From positions 3,658,001 through 3,722,000 of the forward strand of contig NC_089430.1 in NCBI RefSeq assembly GCF_026210795.1: a stretch of DNA of 64,000 nt, read 5' to 3'. The position numbers and the translations under genes are program-made. A model generated the notes under the pieces. The model was given only the letters and a program-made list of their open reading frames with translations. It was not told the origin of the DNA and searched no databases. This document shows, one piece after another, positions 1 to 12,465 of the stretch (its first letter is position 1; each line of letters starts with the position of its first letter). The stretch comes from Rhizophagus irregularis. Its lineage: Eukaryota.

Positions 1-2300
1 GCTGATTGGCGTGAAGCGCTTGTTTATCCCATTCCGAAGCCTCATGAATTTGACGCCCAATTAAAGAATACGCGTCCTATTACTCTGTTAGAAACTGTGC
101 AGAAATGTGTGGTTAAATTCGTTACAACTCGACTTTCAAAAATCCTAGCTGATAACCAAGTGCTTCAAGGTGGTAATTTTGCTGGATTACCAGGCGGTTC
201 TACTGACATTCCTATTAAAATGCTTGATGCTATTATTCATCAACGCCGTTTTGACAAAACTGATGACCAAGAGTTATGGATTGTTTCTCAAGACATTTCT
301 AAGGCCTTTGACTCGATTGATTTAAATATGCTCAAATTAGCTTTAATCCGTTTACATATTCCACCTTTGTTGACCAAATTTATTATTAATCTTTTTACAA
401 GACGCAACAACAAAATTATTACACATTATGGGGATACCTCTGGATATAGAGTTAGAATTGGTATTGACCAGGGTGAAATTATTTTCCCGTTATTATGGGT
501 AATTTACTTAGATCCTTTGCTCACAACACTTAATCGAGAAGATTGTGATCCCTTTATTTTGAAATCCTCTGCATTATTGGATTATTCTTCGTTTGAATAT
601 GAATAACATAATCTTCCTGTTTCACATATTACATTTATGGATGACTCTACATTGATTGCTTCATCTAAACGAGGAATTGAAGATCGCCTTTCAATCACTG
701 CTGAATTTTATACTCTAAATAATACTCAAGCTAATTCAGCAAAATATATCCTTCTTTCTTCTGAACAAATTTCTCAAACTATAGTGTTTGATCTTTTCCC
801 ATCTCCTTTAATCCCTATTTGTTCCCTTACTTTAAAGGCGTTAACTTTATCCAAATCTTTCCATTTTTTAGGTGTTTGGTTTTGCCTTTCAGCTTCTTCT
901 CGCTTTGTTCATGATCAATGCACTTCCATGGTCAAAGACATGGCTGCCCTACTTAGCCCTAAAAAACTTTTGGCACAACATGTGGCTTATCTTTATAATA
1001 TTGTTCTACTTTCAAGGCTAGAATTTCGCCTACAAACCACGTTATTTGCTGAATCCACCATTAACCATATGGTTTTCCCAATGCTTTCTCTCATTCAACA
1101 GAAGGCTGGTTTTGCCTCAACAACTCCTCTTTCCGCACTTTTTACATTGTTGCCATTTTCAATCCAACAAGCATTTGGTCGATTTTTATCGTCTCATGTG
1201 GCTTCACGACAAAGAATTTTTTCTCATCCTTTATATAAAACCTTTGCCAATTATGTAATTACTTATCTCCAAGGCTTTCTAGATTGTGATGCCTGTCCTT
1301 CTACTATTGATTTAGAACCATGGTCCCATACCTTTTCTCTTCGCACACATTCTTTATTTAATTTTTTATTGTTCTCTTCTCGATTGAAAATCACGTGGTC
1401 TTTATTATTCTGACCTCCGAAAAAGGATCTACGTCCGGCGATTCCACTCTGGTCTATTTTACCTAAAGATTTATTTACTTCCATGAAAAATGTTCGAAAC
1501 AATTTTGGTACTCGTTTTCTTGCCCAACTGGTTACTCCATGTGGCTCCACCGCTCCAGACTTCTTTCATGGAAAGATTTACACTTTCTTAAACGAGTTTC
1601 GAACAAAGGATCTGTGCCTGCTTGGTTTACTTATTTATTTAATTTTGTTATTATTTCTAATTCTCCTTCCTTTTTTGTTTTACCGCAATTTAGAATACCT
1701 AATTCCCATACTGTAGCTTCTATCCATTTTATAGATATTAGTCGAAATTATTTGTTTAATCTCCAATGGGCTATTTCTTTTAATCGTAATACTAATTCTT
1801 TTCTCGTTGGCCGTGTGATCATTACCTATCCTGCTCCATGCAATGAAGCTCTTATTTCACATTGGATTGTGTCATCTGTTGATGACTTATTATCCGATTT
1901 TACTGCATGCCAAGGTTGTGCCTCTGCTATTCCACGATCCTCAACTTCCAAGACATTGCTTAAATGGTGTCCCTCTGAAAAGTGCTTTTCTTATGTGTCT
2001 TTATCAACTCTTATCCGTTACCCTACGAAGCCCCGTACTTATATACATGCGGAAACTCGTTCGGTCTCGCTTTCCGTCTCGTTAGGCTATGCCAAATCTC
2101 TATTATTACTATTTTATCTTTTTGCTCCAGTTCGATCATTTCTCATGAATAATTAAGTGTCTAGGATTTCGGATATCCAACTTCCCTCTTTGGTGTCTAC
2201 ACTATATATCAATGGCTCTTTCCTTTCTTTTCCCAGTCATTCGGTACCTTCGATGGCTTATGTATAGACTGCTATCGATTCTGATGGATTCATTCTTGAA

Positions 2301-4055
2301 TAGTGCTCTAAAAAAAATCCGATCTGATCTGGATCCGCAAATTTGATCCGAGTCAGATCCGGTTTGGTTTTCAAAATTCTGATCCGTAGATCAGATCAGA
2401 TTTAAAAAAAATCTGATCCGATCAATTTCAGATCAGATCAGATCATAACACAAGAAAATCTGATCCGATCTGAACAGATTCAGATCAGATTTTTTTTTAA
2501 ATAAAAAAAAAAATTTTTTTTTTAAAAACTTTTCCTGGACGAACGGACGAAGCCGGACGACCAAGATTTAAAAGAACGAACTAGGTAAGTTCGTTTCTTT
2601 TTTTTTGTTTTTTTTACTTGAGGGAACGTATTTAACGGTTCCCTTCTTTAGTAGGAAGCCTGGACGAACGAAACCTAACGACATGACCAGGATTTAAAAA
2701 AAATGAACGAACTATGGTAAGTTTGTTCCTTTTTTTTATTTTTTATTTTTTATTTTTTATTTAAGGGAACGTAATTAACGTTCCCTTTCTTTTTTTTAGG
2801 AAACCTGGACGTGAGACGAAGGAACGACCAGGATTTAAGAGAACGAACTATGGTAAATTCGTTTCTTTTATTTTTATTTTTTATTTTTTATTTAAGGAAC
2901 GTAATTAACGTTCCCTTTCTTTTTTTAGAAAACCTGGACGTGAGACAAAGGAACGACCAGGATTTAAAAAAAAGAACGAACTATGGTAAGTTCATTTCTT
3001 TTATTTTTATTTTATTTTTTTTACTTAAGGGAACGTAATTAACGTTCCCTTTCTTCTTTTTTTTTTAGGAAACCTGGACGTGAGACAAAGGAACGACCAG
3101 GATTTAAGAGAACGAACTATGGTAAGTTCATTTCTTTTATTTTTTTTTTTATTTTTTATTTAAGGGAACGTAATTAACGTTCCCTTTCTTTTTTTAGGAA
3201 ACCTGGATGTGAGACGAAGGAACGACCAGATTTAAAAAAAAGAACGAACTATGGTAAGTTCATTTCTTTTATTTTTATTTTATTTTTTTACTTAAGGGAA
3301 CGTAATTAACGTTCTCTTTCTTTTTTTTAGGAAACCTGGACGTGAGACGAAGGAACGACCAGGATTTAAGAGAACAAACTATGGTAAGTTCGTTTCTTTT
3401 ATTTTATTTTATTTTTTTACTTAAGGGAACGTAATTAACGTTCCCTTTCTTTTTTTAGGAAACCTGGACGTGAGACGAAGCTGAACGACCAGGATTCAAA
3501 AAAAAGAACGAACTATGGTAAGTTCGTTTCTTTTTTTTATTTTTTTATTTTTACTTAAGGGAACGTACTAATTAACGTTCCTTTCTTTTTTTTAGGAAAC
3601 CTGGACGTGAGACGAAACTGAACGACCAGGATTCAAAAAAAAGAACGAACTATGTTAAGTTCGTTTCTTTTTTTGTTTTTTTTTTTATTTTTACTTAAGG
3701 GAATGTAATTAACGTTCCCTTTCTTTTTTTTTTAGGAAACCTGGACGTGAGACGAAGCTGAACGACCAGGATTCAAAAAAAAAACGAACTATGGTAAGTT
3801 CGTTTCTTTTTTTTGTTTTTTTTCTTTTTACTTGAGGAACGTAATTAACGTTCCCTTCCTTTTTTTAGGATAAGGACCAGATCTGAACCAGATTCGGATC
3901 AGATTCAAATCGGATTCAAATGGATCCGAACCAGATTCGGATCAGATTGAACCAGATCTGATCGGATTCGGATCAGATCAGATCTATTAAAATAAAAATC
4001 AGATCGGATCAGATTTAAGCTGAATCCCGTCTGAACCGATCTGTTAGGAGCACTA
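2301..4055. mobile_element. Non-autonomous hAT-like DNA transposon inserted in the LINE RNase H domain
   Basis: 8-bp TSD TTCTTGAA (2293-2300 and 4056-4063). TIR TAGTGCTC/GAGCACTA. Dense subterminal GATCCG/CAGATC motifs at 2316-2490 and 3878-4042. Removing it restores the frame ..DGFILE|SYYNTIPS.. Confidence 0.9.
2530..3870 (+). repeat. Tandem array of about 10 units (~130-140 bp), each a micro-exon plus GT-AG intron with hairpins
   Basis: Unit: TTTTTTAG|GAAACCTGGACGTGAGACGAAGGAACGACCAGGATTTAAGAGAACGAACTATG|GTAAGTTCGTTTCT..AAGGGAACGTAATTAACGTTCCCTT..TAG. Confidence 0.88.
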
Positions 4056-6194
4056 TTCTTGAATCTTATTATAATACCATTCCTTCTCTTTTCCCTTCTG
4101 CATTGCGTTCTGAAATTTTTGCTTTATTGCATGGATTGGACTCTCTCCCTCAGAATTCCAAGATTACTGTCGCTACTGATTGTGCTCATTTAATTTCCCT
4201 ATGGTCTACGTATGTGGATGCTTCTTTTATTCCTAAAATGCTTAAAGAATCCAACCACCTTTTATGGTCTTCGGCACGAGCTATTATTTCATAAAAGAAC
4301 CTAGAAGTTACTTTAATCAAGGTTCCTGCTCATGCTGACGATTCTTTGAATAATCATGTTGATGATTTAGCGAAAGCTGTTCATACGGACTCGCGTCTTT
4401 CCCTTCAGTCGCCTGCACTTTTGGCTCCTTGCATTTTACAATTTAATTCTTTACCTGTGGATATGAATATCCGAAAATTCATTGGAGAAATTTTTGACGC
4501 TAAGAATCTTTTGACTTTTGCTTTATTACCAAGATTCAATCTTAATTCCTCTATTCCAGACATCAATTGGGCTTGTACTAAATTTTGTTTTAATAATAAA
4601 CAATTACAATTTTCCCATCGCAATGGCCGCTCTGAATTTTGTGCTTTCTGTATCAAGATTTTATTGGATATGCTTCTGACACTCACAACTCTTTAGAAAC
4701 GAAAGCCTCATATCTATGATCCGAGTTGGCCCTGTCCTCAGTGCAACTCCTCTCCTGAGACCTTAGACCACTTATGGACTTGTCCTTATATTCTACCTGA
4801 ATTTAGCCCTTTTAATACTTTTAAAACTCTTCTACTGGACCTTCGTACTGTTTACCTTGATAAATTTCTTTTCGCGACTCCTTTGAAACCTTTACTGGAC
4901 TCTTTTGTTGCGGAATTTACGGCTATTGATTGTTGGGAATGTGACCCTCCTTCAAATTCCTGTCTGCGATTTGCACGTGGACTTATACCGATGTCTCTTA
5001 CAAGTTTTCTTGTAACTTATTTTTCACCATCCAATATTTGGTCTATCCTCGATACACCCCTACACAACTTTCATTTTGACCTTTATGTTCAAATCTGGTT
5101 GTGCCGTTCCATTTTCTTTCACCATTGGGAATCAGCTCAAGGCATTACTAATAAGATGAAATCGTCTGCTATTGGTCCTTCTTCTATTTCTCATCCTTCC
5201 TCTCATATTGTTCCTGATTTTTTGACACCTTCCCTGGCGACAGTTTCCTTGGATTCCTGGGTTTCTTGGGTTTCCTCTTATGTAATCCGTGGGGGATCTT
5301 GGATTTCGCACTTGGATTTTTGGCGCCGCTTAACAGTTCAGCCTCTACTTAGGATTTCTTTTTGGTAACGGATTGGATCTTAGGACATGCTGGATAGTTG
5401 ACTCACACTGGCCTTCGGGTAAAGTTGAGGTATGCGTTTCTGTAATAGTTTAGTTTTTCTTTACTTAATTTTATTTTGTTTAGATTTCTTTACTTGTATG
5501 AATCGTGAAGCTAGTTCTTTTTATTTTTTATGTTTAATTTCTATATTTGTTCTTTGTAATATTGTTCGATTTGATTATTGTACTTTTCGTTTAAAATTAA
5601 ATAAAAATAAAGTCAAAAGACTGTTTGCTCATAATCACCAAATATAGACTGTCCCAAATGTGTGACTATAAAGAGAGTTGACTGTAATTCCAAACATCTA
5701 GATCCCTTCTATACCATCATATTAAATACTAAGTCTTATTTAAAAGCCACTACAACTTGTGATTATCTAGCATCAATAGTATAGTTGTAATCTCCAAGTG
5801 GTATACTTTGTAGTAACCATTTAGACATTAAGATGTACAGCTCAATACAGAATCATTCTTTAAAATGGATATTAACCATAAGGAATTACCACCTAGTATC
5901 CATCCAGTGGAAAGTCAAATCCTATTATTAAACTATCTGTTCTGTTTAGAAATATACATATAGTACATGAAAAAAATAATTATAATAATATTTTTGTTTA
6001 TTGTATAACAAATATTTATTAAACTTTCATGAAAATTTAAACATACAGTCCCCTTGATATAACGAACTCTACGTTTCAGCCGATCAGGGCTTTGTTATAA
6101 GCAACTTCATTTACACTATAACGAATTATTTGGTATAGATATATTGGTCATATAAATCATGTGACTTGTTAATCTGATTACCGATAATTTAATT

Positions 6195-6665
6195 ACTAAT
6201 ATTTTTTTATTTTTTTTATTGTAGTGAACTTCCAGACTTCAAAATGATCGCCTGAAATGAGAAGTAAGTGGGAACAATTCATTTTTTTATTAATTTCGTT
6301 TAAGAATATTTACTACTAATGTTCTTTTTTTATTTTTTTTATTGTAGTAAACTTCTCAGATTTTGAAATGGACGTCTAAAATGAGAAGTAAATGGAGACA
6401 ATTCATTTTTTTTTATTAATTTTGTTTAAGAACATTTACTAATGTTCTTTTTTTATTTTTTTTTATTGTAGTAAACTTCCTGGACTTTGAAATGGACGCC
6501 TAAAACGAAAAGTAAGTGGAAAACTTATTTTTTTTTATTAATTTCGTATAACATTATTTACTAATGTTTATTTTTTTATTTTTTTATTGCAGGGAATGCT
6601 TCCTGAAGTGTTCTACTTTTTTTTGTAGATTTTAGCTTAGGACTTGGAAATGGAGACCGATAAGT
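6195..6665 (+). repeat. Tandem array of 3-4 micro-exon/intron units (~125 bp)
   Basis: Repeated ATTGTAG|T(G/A)AACTT..GAAATGGACG(C/T)CTAAAA(T/C)GA(G/A)AA|GTAAGTGG..AAGAACATTTACTAATGTTCTT.. Confidence 0.75.
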
Positions 6666-6724
6666 ATTTTTAAAGGGTTGGAACTTGGAAGTGGATTTTT
6701 AATTTTTTTATGTAAAAATGTTTA

Positions 6725-6906
6725 GGGGAGTTACACATATCACGTAATATTCATTTTATTATAAACCTTACCCCCCCCCCCTTGTTAGATTTCATAACCA
6801 ATCAAATTATAATATTTATAAATCATATGATTTAAATAAGTGTAACGTAAAATTTTAACTACCCCCCTCCCCCCCTATAATAATTACATAATATGTGTAA
6901 GCTCCC
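6725..6906. mobile_element. PIF/Harbinger-type (Tourist-like) MITE, copy 1
   Basis: TTA TSD. TIR GGGGAGTTACACATAT / ATATGTGTAAGCTCCC. Near-identical copy at 17798-17975. Confidence 0.85.
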
Positions 6907-7358
6907 TTATTATATTTCTTTTTTTGTAGGAAATAATTTAATGTTATTTACAATAACTGACTATATAATAAATAAATAATTATTGTTTTTTAATGATATG
7001 TTAATTTAACCAGAAGTATTCTTTAGGGTCCTGTTACTACTGTGATAAATATAAATTAATAATAACTTATATCGAATCCTAATACAACTGAATTAATGTA
7101 AATTAACATAATTCTGCCTAAATATTAAATAAAATAGCCAGAATTATCAATCCTAATACGATTCTGATATGATTCTGATCTATAATTTAAATATAAAATA
7201 CGGGAATGATATTTAATGTTATATAATATTTTGTGCATCAATCTAATTATTAATAGAATTATTTAATTACATACAATCAAAAACTGCAAAATTTTTCATT
7301 ATACTGAAAAAAAAATTTGTTATAAAAAAAATCCATTATATTGAGAATAAAGATGTAG

Positions 7359-7720
7359 TATGTAATTGATAATTACTACATTGTGTTGTAATAGTAAGGG
7401 TTGCAACTGATGACTTTTATTTTAAAGTTAAAGGTAATATTACAACACTTACGATTGTTCAAAAATTTCCTTTTTGAAAAATAAAAATTACAAAAATAAG
7501 TTTTTATAGAACAAATATCATCATAAAAGAAATAATTAATATATAATAATACATATTTATATAATTGGAAATAATTACAACACTATATAATAATTACAAT
7601 ACTAGTAGTAATTATAATACTATATAATAATTATAATATTGTGTTGTAATTACAACAAAAGTGTTGTATGTATGTTGTAATAGTTGCAACCTTATAACCT
7701 TCTAAAAATAATTACATATT
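7359..7720. mobile_element. Short AT-rich MITE-like repeat with inverted (A)GGTTGCAACT motifs
   Basis: AAGGGTTGCAACT at ~7396 and AGTTGCAACCTT at ~7682. A reverse-complement copy is found in three pieces at ~50688-50826, 55165-55245 and 63026-63180. Confidence 0.65.
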
Positions 7721-8289
7721 ACATTTTTAATTGAGAAGTATTTTTATATAAGCAATTCACACACTTTACTTCGTACTATGTTATATAGTAAATAAATAGT
7801 AAACTTCGTTATATCAAGATTTTTTTTATATTTAAAATCAGTACCATACTGAAAATCTGTTATATTGTATTATTCGTTATATAGAGGTTCGCTGTAAAGA
7901 GGGGGGACTGTATATGTTTTATTATATTGCAAAAAAGTTTGAATAGGCTTAATTAATAATTTATTTTATTGCTATTATTTGCTTTAATCTTAATGGCATA
8001 CTTTTAATTAATAAATTAATAAAAATTTCACAGGCCAATTTCTTTCCACTTTTTTTCAAATTATTTTCTAGAAATATCTATGATAATTAATTTTTTTTTT
8101 ATTACTGGTTTATTAACCTGTCTTTCTACATGTTTCTTCAATATGTTTTACAATTTTCTATAGAATAGAAACCATTTTCCCAATATTATATAACATTATG
8201 CAAAAATTTCATAAACTATATTATTATAGATAAAGCATAATTGCATACTTTACAGAAACCTTGAAAATATGAGCGATGTTGAATTGATA

Positions 8290-8800
8290 CAGGTACGATA
8301 TAAATTTCATGTCATAATGGTATCAATTTCTGTGATGATATTGTTATAATGTTGATTTGATATCGTTACTTCATCACCATAATTTATCGCGAAAATATCG
8401 TGATGATATCTATTCAAAAGAATATCAAATCGGCACAGCCTTGATATCATTACGATGTTGGTAATTTCAAAAAAAGGATGCGATATTGATTTGATATCGT
8501 CACTTCATCCCACAATTTATCGCCGAGATATCGTGACAATATTTATTTAAAAAAATATCTGATTGGTATAGTCTTGATATCGTTACGATATTGGTAATTC
8601 AGGATAAAAAAAGATGCATTTACGATATTGATTTGATATCGTCACTTCATCCCACAATTTATCGCCGAGATATCGTGACAACATTTATTTAAAAAAAATA
8701 TCTGATTGGTATAGTCATGATATCGTTACGATATTGGTAATTCAGGGATAAAAAAAGATGCATTTACGATATTGATTTGATATCGTCACTTCATTGCCGC
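8290..8800. repeat. Subterminal tandem repeats (~130-145 bp, ~4 copies), rich in GATATC
   Basis: GAT(A/G)TTGATTTGATATCGT(C/T)ACTTCAT recurs near 8350, 8482, 8624 and 8768. Confidence 0.85.
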
Positions 8801-8961
8801 AACTCATTTGTGGTATCGCAACTCATCTGCAATACCGCAAATATTAAACTTTACAACTTTTATATGTATAACGTGCTGCCATATTATTAAAATAAAATTC
8901 TGATATTTTAAACGATTAAGCAATGAAGATTACATAAAAATATACTAATATGGGACTTTGA

Positions 8962-9215
8962 CTACTTCCGTATGTCGCCGCCACAGAGTTGCGGTTGCAA
9001 AGGCTTCCAAATTTTAATAAGAGAATTCTTTTTACAAATTTCTTGTTCTTGTATAGGTTTATTACGATATTGAGAAGACATTTTTAAAACTTGTTTGATG
9101 ATGATTCTACAGGTTAAAATGTGAGTCAAAAAATTTTTTTTTCTTCTCATTTTTTATAAATCAATTCTTTCATTCCTTATTTTTGCATTGATCTTACCAC
9201 ATCATGATCGAGTAT
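8962..9215 (-). pseudogene. Truncated 5' fragment of the MSSQ..SLIKHW cargo-gene family with its upstream motif
   Basis: MSSQYRNKPIQEQEICKKNSLIKIW matches the N-termini at 12465 and 16682. Shared upstream motif TCTTACCACATCATGATCGA. Confidence 0.75.
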
Positions 9216-10520
9216 GATTAGTATGGTGGTCAATTTCGAAAGAAAAAATATATTTTTTTTGATATACTTTGATGTATTTTCCATATGATTTTAGATATTG
9301 AGAATTTGGTAAGAGAAGAGTTTTTTTAATTACTACTTTAACGAAATGTACTAACACTTGTTCTTTTTTTTAGACAGGTTCAAAGCATGGGATTTCAACT
9401 GCTGGAGCTCAGGGGTGTAGATTTCGGTGGATATTTTATAACATTTTTTTTTAAAATCTTTTTTTTTTTAATGTACTATTACTAACAGTTCGTTTCTTTT
9501 TTTTTAAGCGGGTTTTCATGATTGCTTTGACGGAATTTTTCTATTTTGTAAATTATACTAGTAGTTTATGTATTATTATTTAGCCGTATAATAAAATAAT
9601 TTATTGGCATTTTAAAATATATTAATCATGTTCTGTCAATGCAATCTTTACAAAATTGTGAAAATTATCATAAAATGGTTTTAAATACATTGTCAGGATG
9701 ACATATTTTATGATGTTCTGGTAAGCATCGGAAATGGGGTTCTAACGTGGTTTTCAAAATGATTTTTTATTATGTAAAATGTCTTTACAACCATATTAAA
9801 ATTCGAATTTTAAGTACATTTATGATATCATAAAAGTATCATACGATATCTTGAAAAAATTGCCTTGTCCAGTAAAAGTAGTCTCATTTTATTTACGAAT
9901 GTATATTTTAATATACAGTATTTGAAATGTATTAGAGACATTATTCTATTCAATACATTTACTAAGTTTTATCGACATGGTTAAAAATCGGAACGACTTT
10001 AATAATAATTCGTGACGATTTATCGGTAAATTGATCCACGATCGGTAGACGATTATTTGCATGATATGTTTACTATTCGGATACAATTCAATACATTCCA
10101 GCAAAGAATAAATTATATATTAAGCAAAATTATTGATATGAACTTTATTTATGATTAAAAGTGTTAATAATAAAAGTATTAATAATGTAAATGTTAAGTA
10201 TAATTACTAAATTATAGCTCCTCTATGCTAAATATTTACTATAAACTATTGATCGAATAAAAAAAATCAAAGCCAACAACCAAATGCTATAACATTATAA
10301 GACCAACAAGTTTCCACGAATATTTATTTTCTATCCCTTTTGTTCTTAGAGTATTAAAAATCTTCCAGAACCTTAAAGTATTATCGTCACCACCAGCTCC
10401 AGCTACAATGTCCTCTCCATTTGGAGAAATATAAAAATAAAGGACGTGATAAAAATGTAAAATGATATATAATAAAAATATATTATATAAAATTTATAAT
10501 AACGCTTCTCACTAGCCTCC

Positions 10521-12465
10521 TTAATTTGCAATCTTCTTAGTTCCTTTTTTTTTATGCTTTCTTTGCTCTCTTTCATCATCATCATCCTTTTCGTCATCAT
10601 CTTCGGGAAATGACCTTGCAGCACTTATGTAATAATGAGACAGCTCCATTGATCTTGTAACATCTATTTTATCAGTACAAGCAAAGTCCAAATTTATTGT
10701 GTATAAATCTGTATTTGCCATAAAAAAGTTGCGACGAGCTGTCTTGTCATCATCCACCTCCTCACTTAAACAACTAATCCCGTAAATAATAACATTTCGG
10801 AGCGCTTTTTCCATTTCTTCTGATAGTTCATTTGAAACACATGTCAACCACTGACGAAATATAGTTGAAACTGAAACTTTGAATTTTAACTGGGAAATAT
10901 TATCGTTAGTGCAACTATTCTGATATGCGAAAACTATATTCGACTATAATTCGCTCCTCCATCCATCAAAAACTTTTCGAAAACGTTTGCACATAAAACC
11001 AATTTTTTGTTTGTTTTCTTTCTTCTTAGCAAAATGTGGAAATAATTTACTAATTATATCTTCTATCATTAAATTTCTAGTAGAATGGTCAAGGTGCCGA
11101 GTACGAAGGAATAATGCTCTTAATTCAACGTAAATGATATCTAAGACCCATTTTGGGAGAGAACTATAATTATTTTCTAATATTTCACTCATCTGTTTTT
11201 GACTATATTCGCGACTAGTTTTAGGTTCCGTATATTTATCTGGAACATTTGCGTCAGGTCTTGGGGAAGGACTTCTGGGGTAATGACGTTCTTTAGTAAA
11301 ATATTGAGACGGTAACTCCAAATTGTTATTTATGAGTTGTCGTTCGAAATTATCCCTATAATAAAAATAAATGGGCTCAGAACATGTGAATTATAAATCT
11401 TACAGATTTACTATATATATATTTACATTGGAGCGCGATTCTTCAAAGGCGGAGAACGTAGCGGAGAATGTGGCGAAGTCACCGGGGAAGATTCCAGTGA
11501 TGTTATTGTTGATATGGGACTTTGACTTTTCCTGTATTTCTCGGTCATAAAATTGACATACTCGGGTAAAATTAGGCTGAATTCATCCGCTATTTTCTTC
11601 TTAGTTTTATAGGGATCTGAAGATATATTTATTATCTCCTCAATCCTCAAGAACTCCTCTTTCAGCATTTTGTCTACAATTATTAAATATCAAGGTAAGT
11701 GAACTATTCATATCACAAAAAGAAAGAATAATGAATTTCAATCATAGGTCACCTATTTTTTCTTCATCGATTGGTTGAGGTGGTAATTGAGGTTGAGAAG
11801 GTGATTGCGACCATTGATATTCATGATGTGGCCATTGACGTTGCTGATTTTGTTGAGGTTGTTGAGGTTGTTGAGACCATTGAGGTAGAGGTTGTTAAGG
11901 TTGTCGAGCCCATTGAGATAGAGGTTGTTGGGGTTGTTGAGGTTGTTGAGGCCATTGAGATTGAGGTGGTTGCGGCCATTGAAATTGTTGAGGTTGAGAT
12001 TGTTGAGGTTGTTGAGGCCATTGAGATTGAGGTGGTTGCGGCCATTGAAATTGTTGAGGTTGAGATTGTTGAGGTTGTTGAGGCCATTGAGATTGAGGTG
12101 GTTGCGGCCATTGAAATTGTTGAGATTGAGATTGTTGAGGTTGTTGAGGTTGTTGAGGCCATTGAGATTGAGGTGGTTGCGGACATTGAAATTGTTGAGG
12201 TTGAGATTGTTGAGGTTGAGATTGTTGAGGTTGTTGAGGTCCATTGAGATTGAGATTGAGGTGGTTGCGGCCATTGAAATTGTTGAGGTTGAGATTGTTG
12301 AAATTGTTGAGGTTGTCGCGGCCACTGAAATAGAGTTTGGGGTTGAGATTGTTGCGGTTGTTGAGACTGAGGTTGTTGATATTGCGGTTGCGATGGCTGC
12401 CAATGTTTAATAAGCGAGCCTTTTTTACGAATTCCTTGTTCTTTATCAAAATCTTGAGAAGACAT
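10521..12465 (-). pseudogene. Cargo gene A: 3 exons, Q/P/W-repeat N-terminus, C-terminal LFLRTR domain; one frameshift and two nonsense codons
   Basis: MSSQDFDKEQ..SLIKHW followed by SQPQQFQWPQPPQSQWPQQPQQ repeats. Introns at about 11752-11676 and 11426-11358. ELRALFLRTRHLD..WRSEL*(TAG where paralog B has W)..RNFFMANTDLYTIN.. acidic/basic tail. Confidence 0.75.

Larger units (their letters stand above)
1..5610 (+). mobile_element. Degenerate non-LTR (LINE) retrotransposon, 3' part of ORF2 (RT, RNase H, CCHC zinc knuckle) plus 3' UTR and A-rich tail; interrupted at 2301-4055
   Basis: RT motifs RPITLLE, DISKAFDSI, GIDQGE..PLLW, FMDD (ORFs 97-606 and 637-1413). RNase H motifs RSEIFALL, VATDC, KVPAHADDSLNNHVDDLAK (4100-4380). 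CPQC..ETLDHLWTC near 4730-4785. Multiple stops and frameshifts. A-rich tail near 5590-5611. Confidence 0.92.
6046..7910. mobile_element. Non-autonomous Tc1/pogo-like element
   Basis: TA|CAGTCCCC..TATAACGAA at 6044-6066 and TTCGTTATATAGAGG..GGGGACTG|TA at 7873-7912. TA TSD. No transposase ORF. Confidence 0.8.

Noticed and set aside
2811..3038. ORF-track protein across the repeat array
   Set aside because: Reads through intron-like poly-T. Exon lengths do not preserve frame.
11771..12410. Plus-strand ORFs (VEVVE.., LRLLR..) and the Asn/Leu and Thr/Ser frames
   Set aside because: Shadow frames of a stop-free tandem repeat. Paralogy supports only the Q/P frame on the minus strand.
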